Origin: an uncultured archaeon
Lineage (GTDB): Archaea > Asgardarchaeota > Thorarchaeia > Thorarchaeales > Thorarchaeaceae
Length of the DNA stretch: 28,317 nt
Direction of reading: 5' to 3'
Assembly: GCA_964631415.1 (NCBI GenBank)
Contig: CAZVZC010000017.1
Location: 9,249-37,565, forward strand
The stretch's first letter is position 1; each line of letters starts with the position of its first letter. Below, piece after piece: positions 7,619 through 15,941 of this stretch. The translations under genes and the position numbers were made by a program. The notes under the pieces were generated by a model. The model saw only the letters and a list, made by a program, of their open reading frames with translations, was not told where the DNA came from and did not search any database.

Positions 7619-9015
7619 GTTCTTCCCTCCTTCTCTTCAAACGCAGAGGCGATAGATTCCTGAAGCTCAGGCATTGAGGCTATCAGTTTCTCGGGATTCG
7701 TGAGGAGTTCCATCTTGTCCCCCAGAATCTTCTCCAATAGCGGAAGGACATCTCTCATCACAAATGGTATTGCCTGTGGCAGATACGACTTGACATGTCG
7801 CATCACCTGTCTGACGCGGACGGCGTGAGGCTGCGACCAGTCAAGTATGCCTCCGAGTATCTCCATTATCATTGGCACGAACCAAGACATTGTTTCTTTG
7901 GGACTGAACGGGAGTGCTCTCCATATTCGAGCGAGCTCTGGACCAGTCTTGAACTCTTCACCAATACTTGTCTGCTGCCACTTCTGATCATAGAGGTCCA
8001 GAAATTCCTTAGACGTGTCGCTTGATGAAATGGCGTCAGCCGCAGCTTCGGCGGCTGCTCTTCCAGTGACCATCGCGGGATAGATCCCTTCGGCCTCGAG
8101 GGGACATGGAAAACCACCGGCATCGCCGACCAGGATCACATTGTCAGTGTGGGTGCTCGTGGGACTACCGAGCCACGGCAGCAAGTGAGCATGGTACTCT
8201 CGCGGTCGCGCGTCAAGTATCCTCACGAGTTTCTGAAAGTACTCCAGTTTGACCACTTGATCGAGGTAGTGGAGTGGGTTCTTGTCCCACCATGTCATCC
8301 AGTTACCCAGTCCGAGATGAAAGCCGTCATGAAAGAATACTTGGTAGGCCGCCGGGAATAGTGCCGACCACCAGACAGCCAGTGTTTCATCGCCCATTAT
8401 ATCGTCGATCTTCTGCGGGTCAACTGCGAAGTCGTATTGCGGCACGAGTGTAACATGGTCTTGGTCCCATCTCTTGCGGAGACCGCTCTGTCTGGCTACC
8501 ATGGAAACGACTCCGTCAGCACCTATGACCAGACCGTGATACTTCTCACCATGCTCGTCGACGACACCTACGACTCTGTCATTCTCCTTGAGAAGTCCGG
8601 TCACGAGTGTTGAGGTCTTGAGTTCTGCACCTGCATTGGTCGCGAGTCCTGCGAGCCAAGGATCGAAGTCGCTCCTGTACACGTTCATTGTGATGAAGCT
8701 CTTCGCTGGCTCGTAAGAAACAGACTCTGTCGGCCTCGCCATGACATAGCCAGCCACGACCCCCTGCTTGTTCACAAAGTAGCTTCTAGATGCAGCCCCG
8801 GCTCTCATTGATGGACACACTTCGGGGGTGAGGTCCTTCATGAAACGAAAGTCGGCCCACATTCTTGGGCCAAGTCCACATCCAGAGGAGTTCTTCTCAC
8901 CAGGTTTCCGGCCCCTCTCGAAGAAGACTGTCTTTAGTCCCCGGCTAGCGGCTTCCATTGCCGCAATTGACCCGCCTGGACCAGCTCCGACAACGACAAT
9001 GTCATAGTTCTTCAA
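7615..9015 (-). CDS. FAD-dependent oxidoreductase, FixC/geranylgeranyl-reductase family
   Basis: DIVVVGAGPGG Rossmann motif, ERGRKPGEKNSSG (FixC-like), RSDFDPWLA, VIGADGVVS, ILVGDAGG..EGI..AM. Translationally coupled to the ferredoxin. Confidence 0.9.
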   Translation of the reverse strand: MKNYDIVVVGAGPGGSIAAMEAASRGLKTVFFERGRKPGEKNSSGCGLGPRMWADFRFMKDLTPEVCPSMRAGAASRSYFVNKQGVVAGYVMARPTESVSYEPAKSFITMNVYRSDFDPWLAGLATNAGAELKTSTLVTGLLKENDRVVGVVDEHGEKYHGLVIGADGVVSMVARQSGLRKRWDQDHVTLVPQYDFAVDPQKIDDIMGDETLAVWWSALFPAAYQVFFHDGFHLGLGNWMTWWDKNPLHYLDQVVKLEYFQKLVRILDARPREYHAHLLPWLGSPTSTHTDNVILVGDAGGFPCPLEAEGIYPAMVTGRAAAEAAADAISSSDTSKEFLDLYDQKWQQTSIGEEFKTGPELARIWRALPFSPKETMSWFVPMIMEILGGILDWSQPHAVRVRQVMRHVKSYLPQAIPFVMRDVLPLLEKILGDKMELLTNPEKLIASMPELQESIASAFEEKEGRT

Positions 9016-9457
9016 TCTTGTCCACCTGACTGCCTATTCTCTTCCAAGACCCTTCAAGGCTTCCAGAAACGCGAATCCCTGGTCTCATGTAATTCGGCAG
9101 GCGGACATATAAGTGGTAGCCCGAGAGAAGAGATGAATTCGACGCATTCCTAACATCGCATAACTTGTCAGGCATGTCAACTCGTTTGCAGGGACTGAAT
9201 AATCCAACCATGCTCAAAGCTGAGCAGATGATTCCTCAGGTTCTCTCACTCTGCTTGCCCTTGCGAGTAGAGAGCAAAGCGTTATTAGTGCCCTGTGTTA
9301 TTGGCGTTTCAGTTCGCTGGGCGACCGAAGGATGAGGAAGTCGAGCACCCCCCAGCGGAACGTCTGGCAGGACTCCTAAAGAGACTGCCACCGTCCTGTG
9401 CGGCTGGATACGATCCCTCTTCGTTCGGCTTCGCTTGATAGAGGAGGCTCCGAGAGC

Positions 9458-12400
9458 TTGCATAGGAATCTGTTCCGTGTTCAGCTATTGTCAGTTCTTC
9501 TTGTTCTTCTGATGGTTATTGGAATCGCACCTCAGGCCGTATGGGCAGGTCAGGTGCTGGAACGCAACGAGGAGGCGTTGTCGCGGCCATTCATGGGTTA
9601 TGACCTCGATTCAATCTATGTGTTCTATGATCCGGATGATGAGGTCATGAGAGCCGTGGCCGATGGTATTCAGGAGATACTGTGTGTTAGGATAATCAAT
9701 GTCATCATGGTTCCAGTCAACTCATACAGTGATTTTGAGTTTTGGCTGCTAGATGACCCGTGGATTGCTGTCTATGCTCTTCGGTCAAACCTCAACCATG
9801 TCCTCTTCTCTGACCAAGAGCTGCTGTGGAAACAGTTCTATCAAGTCCTGAACGAGCATCGGTCGACCCAGCACATTGTGGCGATGGGGAATACCCTGTC
9901 GCTTCAGCCGTTCCTGACTGAGAACGACAAGATGATCCACACAAGCGAGTCGGAGCAGACTGACGGTCTCATTATGATTCTCTACGGCGTCTGGGGTATC
10001 ATGGACATATGCAAGCAGCGCGCTCAGTATGACCCAACCTATCAGGGTGCAGCCGACGACCTTGAGAAGATGGTCCTCACCATCTATGGTAATCAATTCA
10101 ATGAGTTTTTCAAACGGACAGTCGAGCCCGTTAATCCTGTCGGCGAGATGGATCCCGCAGCCGCAGAGATAAGGCGGCAGAGGATGTGGGCGAGACATCC
10201 CGGGAGCGTTGCTGACTCGGCATACACGTTGTTGGAGAACGGTTCTCTTGAGCAAGTGCCGCTCGACCAACTGCCTGAGAGTTTTGCGCCGGTCATTCAG
10301 CTGAGCACCTTGGCTGAGGTAGAAACCGGTTCATTCGTTCTTGGCGAACTGCCCCTCTTCTCAGGCCTTAGTGGTCCTATCGGGGCGATTCTCGACGTGC
10401 TCCTTGATCTCCTTGTGGGAAGTGGAGAGAGTGTCATATCCATTCCCGAAGACACAATGAGCAATCTCAAAGACATCTTTGACGCGATTCAGCCGTTTCT
10501 CGGAATTGTCAGTGACTTCGACCTTGACAGCCCGCTCAAGTCCATCATTAGCGGACTTATCAGCGAGTTTCCATTCCCTGAGGACTTGAAGAAGTATCTT
10601 GAGCCCATACTCAAAGCCCTCTTCAACATGCGAGGAGATTTCAGCAGTATTCTCGGAGTCGTTGGCGAGCTGCTTGAGGGCCTCCTCCCAGAGATAATCC
10701 CACAGGAGATTATGGACTGGCTGGACACAGTTCTGGATCTGGGCGGTGAGTTCTGGAGCCTTGTTGAGGAAGTGATAGCGGGTGGCAAAGGCGCTTTCAA
10801 CACAATCCTTAGCTATGTCACAGGTAATATTCTGAGTGGCCTGCTGAACAAGGTCCTGACTGCCACGTTAGGCCTATCACCGGGCGATGTTGTAGACCTG
10901 ATTGACAAGGCTGTCGCGACAATCAGCTCGATTGTGGACTATATAGCCAGTCTCGATTTCTCCCAGTTTATTGCAGATGTTGGGCAGAAGCTCATTCAGA
11001 CCGCATTCGGACTTCTAACCGATGCAGTAGGTCAGGACACGCTTGACCGAATCATGGCTATCATCAAGATGGGGGTTTCTGCTCTCGACCTTGTTGACAA
11101 CTTCGACCAGAACTCGCTCATTGAGCTCGTCACCAGTCTCGTAGACGAGTTCTTCGGACCCGGAATAATCACTACTGCGGAAGACTTCGCCCGCGATTTG
11201 ATGGAGGTAGTCAAGAACTACTCAGAGCGGGTCGAGTCAAGCATCTCTGCGTTCCAGACGGAGATCATGAACATCATAAACAGTCAGACAAATGGGATTG
11301 CACAGAACGTGAAGGATGTTGTGCGTGACGGTCTGACTCTCATTGGTGGCTTCTTCAATGAGGGCTTCAACCCCGCTGACGTTCCTGACATCTTTGATGT
11401 AGTCGAAGGAGCTGTGAACCTCCTTCCGACCATGTCGTACGAGTACACTCTGGCAGATGCTGCAGAGGTGATGGAAGTAATCAACGGCGCTGTGAAGCCC
11501 GTACTCGGCGTGATCGCAACAGCTACTGACTCCGATGGTCTGAAGAAGATGGTCAGTCGGACTGTCAGTAGCTTCGAGTCCGAACTTGGGTCGATACCCG
11601 ACGTCTTCGCTGACCTAATCAAGTTTGTCGACGTCGGTGATGTTCTTCCATCTCTACCCAACCTTGACTCTGTGCTAAGCACGTTTGGAGAGATCAGCGG
11701 TGGAATAATGAACATGATTGGCGCTGTCCGCCATCAGAGTTTCCAAGGCATCATGCAATCCCTGCTGATGGCAGTGGGCTCCATGGTCGGCATGTTCCCG
11801 TCCTTTGACGACGTGGACATCAGCGCTTACCTGAAGCTCCTTCAGGCGTTCTTCCCTGAGTCGTTTGACCTGGACAAGTACAGTATCAACACGAACGAGA
11901 TAGTCAACGAGATAGTCAGCATGGCTCAGGGCTTGCTGTCAGGTGTCGTTGACATAACAATGCTGAAGGACATTCTCAACTTCCTGATGGACGTCAAGGG
12001 GATATTCACTGACGGTATTGAGTGGCTACTTGGGAAGGCGTTCGACTGGTTGACTGGCATGATTACGCCTTTGCTGAAGGACCTTGAGGATACAATCAAC
12101 GGGCTATTCGGCGGCGCGAATGACCTGATGGGAAAGGATGGAACCCTACCGATCGGCCTTGGGGACTGGTCTCTGTTTGAGCTGACCTATGACTTGGGCA
12201 TTCGTGTTAACTTCAAACTGGACCCGACTCCCTTCTTTGAGTTGCTCAGGGGTGTGATCTTTGAGGGCAGAAACCCATTTGCTCTCGGTGACGTTGGCGA
12301 CTTCTTCAAGATCATATTCTCGTTCTTTGAGATCTCTCCTCAGTTCTATGCCGAGGTCGGTGTGACTGGGTTCGACTCTTCAAAGAATCCCTTCATGGAC

Positions 12401-15400
12401 TTTCTTCTGAGTATGCTCGGCTTGGAACTGAGCTTCTCGGGCTCAGCCCACTTCGTTCTCACCCTGTTCACATTCCGTGGTGGTGAGTTCGAGTGGGAGG
12501 ACTTCTTCAACATAGTCGAGTGGGGCCTTTCGCTCGATGTGGGCATGAAGAGGACAATCACCCTACTTGACTTTGTGACAGGCGGCGTTGGCGGTGGTGT
12601 GCTTGGAAAGCTCGGCAAATATCTTGGACTCGATTCAATCAGTGTTGACATATGGCTGAACATAGAGCTTGACATAGTCAAGAAGGCTGCCACTGCTCTG
12701 GAAGCTGAGGTTTCAACACTAACGCTTGCTCTGACCCTCGGCGTTGCTATCAATTTGGGCATAGACCTACTGATTGCAGCCGCAAAACTGAGGGGCTCGC
12801 TTGAGATAATCCTGACTTTCTTCCAAGACTTATCATCATCGGCTCCTATGCACATAGTCCTTCGGCTGATCTTCACGCTGAAGCTGACCATCAGGTTCCT
12901 GTTCTGGGACTGGGACAATACATGGACGTGGGAGCCAGGCGGCCCGTGGGACCTGTCACCCGGCAAGGACGACGAGGAAACCAAGAACTCGGGCATTGGG
13001 TTCGATAGCGATGATGACGGGTTAGGTGACGAGTATGAGGCAACTGTGCCCGGTCTGAACCCGAATGCAGCGGACACTGATAATGACGGAGCAAGTGACA
13101 AGCTCGAGGTCAAGACAATGGGGAGCGACCCAGTCAATCCTGACTCAGATGGCGACGGACTTCTTGATGGCGAGGAATGGGACTTAGGCACCAATCCAAT
13201 GTTTCCCGACTCGGATTGGGACGACCTCTCTGACTACGATGAAGCGAGGGTATACATGACTGACCCTCTGTGTCAAGACACTGATGGCGACGCTCTGACG
13301 GACGCCTACGAGGTTTTCACGGCGTGGAACATCAGCACAGTCACCCCAACCGTTACTGAGGTAGTGATTGGTGGTACATCCTACAACGATCACACTGATC
13401 CGTTGAACCCGGACACAGATGGCGATGGACTCATGGATGGAGATGAGGGTCCGACCGGGTGTTACTACGGTCTGCCGTCTCTCTACAACACAAGCGCAAG
13501 CTCTCCAATGGATCCGAACCCGCTCATATTCGGCGGCGGTTACACACATCCGCTCGATAGCGACACAGACGACGACTCGTACCTCCAGCTGTACAACGGT
13601 GCGGTCGACACTCAGGCGCTCTTGTTCCTCAAGGACATGAATGATGGAGCTGAGGTCGCAGGTTTCTGGATCATCCTCTATGACTCAGAGGGTGAACCCG
13701 AGCGTAAGCAGGTCTTCACTAATCCATGCAACCCAGACACCGACGGAGACACTGGTGTGACTGATAGGACGCCACAGCCCGGCGCATGGCTAAACTCGGA
13801 CGGCTATGAGCTCGCACAGACGCCCCCCACAGACCCGACCGATGGCGATACAGATGATGACGGTCTGCTCGATGGTCTCGAAGGTGTCCTGAACCAGAAC
13901 AGCAACCACACTGATCCTACAGACCCTGACACTGACGATGATGGACTGTTTGACATGCAGGAAATGCTTCTACGATGTGACCCGAGGAGCTCCGATACTG
14001 ACCTCGACATGATCAGTGACGGCGAAGAGTTCTATCGCTTCTTCACAAACCCCTTCTTACCCGACTCGGACTTCGATGGTTTGAGTGACGGCGAGGAGGT
14101 GTGGATGTGGCACACCAACCCATTGGCCGATGACTCAGACGGTGACTATCTCAGTGATGGACTGGAGGTCTTAGTCTACGGCTCGGACCCGATGGATGAG
14201 GACGGTGATAACGACGGCCTGACCGACTACGAAGAGATACTCGTCTACGGCACAGACCCATTCGACTACGACTCGGACGATGATCAGCTCAGCGATGGCG
14301 AAGAGATTCTGTACTATGGCTGCAACCCACTTGCATGGGACACTGATTTGGACTCGATCACTGAACCGAACGAACTGGGCGACATGACTTGGCCCATGTC
14401 AGACTATGACGAGGTCATGATTTGGGGCACGAACGTGACAGAGCCTGACAGTGACATGGATGGTCTGTCCGATGGAATAGAGCTGTACCTTGGCTCGGGT
14501 CTAGTCCCATGGCTCGACCCAATCCCACTCGACCCGCTGTCCAAAGACACTGATCACGATTGGCTTGCTGACGGTACAGAGCTGAACCTGATGAACGTGA
14601 GCGATATCGTGTATCCGTTCTTGTCTGTCACTGTCGTCCTGAAGTATAACACATCGCCCGTCGAGATGGACTCGGACGGAGACACTCTAACGGACTATCA
14701 AGAGGTCAATGTCTTCAACACGAACCCCGCCTGCAACGACACTGACAATGACACGCTCGGAGACTGGTGGGAGGTCTGGGTATACAACACCTCCGCAATA
14801 AGCAATGACACTGATGGCGACCAACTGTGGGACTTTGAAGAGAACGTGACTGCTCTCTATCCACACGGGCCATGGCCCCCGTCAAGCTGGAATGAGGGAA
14901 TGACTTCTGAGAACGAGATCCCATGGGGTGAACCGCCACCGGAACCTGTGTATCCTGTAACGCCAGCGAGCATCGGTCCCCCGAGTGGCTTCGTAATCTC
15001 GCAGACCAAGTATCAGACCTCGGCGACCGACTGGGACTCTGACGGAGACTGGCTCCCTGACGGCGCGGAGGTCTACATGTATGGGTCCAACCCTCTGAAC
15101 GATGACTCGGATTCTGACGGCATCGCGGACACATATGAGTTCGATACGGACTACGACGGTCTTCCAGACGGGATTGAGTTCCGCATGGGTCTCCAGACGC
15201 TGCCTAACGGTGGTATCTTCCAGCCGGACTCTGATTTTGATGGTCTGCTTGACGGAGAGGAGTACTTTGTCTACCACACCCACTGTGCGAAGGCTGACAC
15301 TGATGGTGACGGTTATTCTGATGGACTTGAGGTTGCTCTGGGCCTAAACCCGTTGGAGTACACCTCAGGAGAAGAGTTCAATCTCAAGCTCGCTGTCGAA

Positions 15401-15940
15401 CGCGGCACGAGATCGCTCCGCATCATGACGCCGGCGAACAGTACCAAGGTATACCAGAACACTCCTGTCAGTGTTGCGAACTTCACGCCATTCCAGAACA
15501 TGTGGTTCAGGTTCCGGAACGGAAGTGATTGGAGCCAAAACCATACGCTGGGCTACAACCCCTCATCAGGGATGTGGCAGAACGTTTCAATCCGTTGGCA
15601 GCCTGGGTCGTACGAGCTTCAAGTCTTCGGACTGAACAACACCGGGGTGACACATGCAGCGGTGTCCTATTTCGTCGCACAGCCTGGAGATGATCCATTC
15701 TGGCGCAATGTGATGATAGCTGGTGCGGCTGCGGCTGGTACAATCTTCCTCGTTGGACTCATAGACTACAAGACAGGCAAGGTGAGAGCTGGCTTGAGGA
15801 GACTCGTCAGACGCGGAGGGACAAAGCCTGCCACAGCTGCGTCAGCTCCAAAGACAAAGGAGAATGCCGAACCTGAGTCAAGTGGTGAAGAAGTGAAAAA
15901 GAAACGCCCATCGAAGGGCAAGAAGACGGGAGGCGAGTAG
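9458..15940 (+). CDS. Giant (about 2160 aa) membrane-anchored surface protein: alpha/beta N-domain, long amphipathic helical region, amphipathic beta region, TSP3-like Ca2+-binding repeats, Ig-like domain, C-terminal TM
   Basis: 6.5-kb ORF. The likely start is TTG 9458 after GAGGAGG (9441-9447), while the ORF track starts at 9398. It has a signal-like N-terminus, about 25 D-[ST]-D-x-D-G-L-x-D-x-x-E units, TM VMIAGAAAAGTIFLVGLI and a Lys/Arg-rich tail. Confidence 0.92.
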   Translation: MHRNLFRVQLLSVLLVLLMVIGIAPQAVWAGQVLERNEEALSRPFMGYDLDSIYVFYDPDDEVMRAVADGIQEILCVRIINVIMVPVNSYSDFEFWLLDDPWIAVYALRSNLNHVLFSDQELLWKQFYQVLNEHRSTQHIVAMGNTLSLQPFLTENDKMIHTSESEQTDGLIMILYGVWGIMDICKQRAQYDPTYQGAADDLEKMVLTIYGNQFNEFFKRTVEPVNPVGEMDPAAAEIRRQRMWARHPGSVADSAYTLLENGSLEQVPLDQLPESFAPVIQLSTLAEVETGSFVLGELPLFSGLSGPIGAILDVLLDLLVGSGESVISIPEDTMSNLKDIFDAIQPFLGIVSDFDLDSPLKSIISGLISEFPFPEDLKKYLEPILKALFNMRGDFSSILGVVGELLEGLLPEIIPQEIMDWLDTVLDLGGEFWSLVEEVIAGGKGAFNTILSYVTGNILSGLLNKVLTATLGLSPGDVVDLIDKAVATISSIVDYIASLDFSQFIADVGQKLIQTAFGLLTDAVGQDTLDRIMAIIKMGVSALDLVDNFDQNSLIELVTSLVDEFFGPGIITTAEDFARDLMEVVKNYSERVESSISAFQTEIMNIINSQTNGIAQNVKDVVRDGLTLIGGFFNEGFNPADVPDIFDVVEGAVNLLPTMSYEYTLADAAEVMEVINGAVKPVLGVIATATDSDGLKKMVSRTVSSFESELGSIPDVFADLIKFVDVGDVLPSLPNLDSVLSTFGEISGGIMNMIGAVRHQSFQGIMQSLLMAVGSMVGMFPSFDDVDISAYLKLLQAFFPESFDLDKYSINTNEIVNEIVSMAQGLLSGVVDITMLKDILNFLMDVKGIFTDGIEWLLGKAFDWLTGMITPLLKDLEDTINGLFGGANDLMGKDGTLPIGLGDWSLFELTYDLGIRVNFKLDPTPFFELLRGVIFEGRNPFALGDVGDFFKIIFSFFEISPQFYAEVGVTGFDSSKNPFMDFLLSMLGLELSFSGSAHFVLTLFTFRGGEFEWEDFFNIVEWGLSLDVGMKRTITLLDFVTGGVGGGVLGKLGKYLGLDSISVDIWLNIELDIVKKAATALEAEVSTLTLALTLGVAINLGIDLLIAAAKLRGSLEIILTFFQDLSSSAPMHIVLRLIFTLKLTIRFLFWDWDNTWTWEPGGPWDLSPGKDDEETKNSGIGFDSDDDGLGDEYEATVPGLNPNAADTDNDGASDKLEVKTMGSDPVNPDSDGDGLLDGEEWDLGTNPMFPDSDWDDLSDYDEARVYMTDPLCQDTDGDALTDAYEVFTAWNISTVTPTVTEVVIGGTSYNDHTDPLNPDTDGDGLMDGDEGPTGCYYGLPSLYNTSASSPMDPNPLIFGGGYTHPLDSDTDDDSYLQLYNGAVDTQALLFLKDMNDGAEVAGFWIILYDSEGEPERKQVFTNPCNPDTDGDTGVTDRTPQPGAWLNSDGYELAQTPPTDPTDGDTDDDGLLDGLEGVLNQNSNHTDPTDPDTDDDGLFDMQEMLLRCDPRSSDTDLDMISDGEEFYRFFTNPFLPDSDFDGLSDGEEVWMWHTNPLADDSDGDYLSDGLEVLVYGSDPMDEDGDNDGLTDYEEILVYGTDPFDYDSDDDQLSDGEEILYYGCNPLAWDTDLDSITEPNELGDMTWPMSDYDEVMIWGTNVTEPDSDMDGLSDGIELYLGSGLVPWLDPIPLDPLSKDTDHDWLADGTELNLMNVSDIVYPFLSVTVVLKYNTSPVEMDSDGDTLTDYQEVNVFNTNPACNDTDNDTLGDWWEVWVYNTSAISNDTDGDQLWDFEENVTALYPHGPWPPSSWNEGMTSENEIPWGEPPPEPVYPVTPASIGPPSGFVISQTKYQTSATDWDSDGDWLPDGAEVYMYGSNPLNDDSDSDGIADTYEFDTDYDGLPDGIEFRMGLQTLPNGGIFQPDSDFDGLLDGEEYFVYHTHCAKADTDGDGYSDGLEVALGLNPLEYTSGEEFNLKLAVERGTRSLRIMTPANSTKVYQNTPVSVANFTPFQNMWFRFRNGSDWSQNHTLGYNPSSGMWQNVSIRWQPGSYELQVFGLNNTGVTHAAVSYFVAQPGDDPFWRNVMIAGAAAAGTIFLVGLIDYKTGKVRAGLRRLVRRGGTKPATAASAPKTKENAEPESSGEEVKKKRPSKGKKTGGE
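13004..15350 (+). repeat. Coding repeat array: thrombospondin type-3-like Ca2+-binding repeats
   Basis: Repeated G[TS][DN]PxxxD[ST]DxDGLxDxxE units of about 22-24 aa, diverged at the DNA level and interrupted by variable inserts. Confidence 0.88.
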
Positions 15941-15941
15941 A

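Noticed and set aside
9322-9390. Glycine or cobalamin riboswitch (ACCGAAGGA, GAGACTGCC words)
   Set aside because: Only isolated words match. The other conserved elements are missing.
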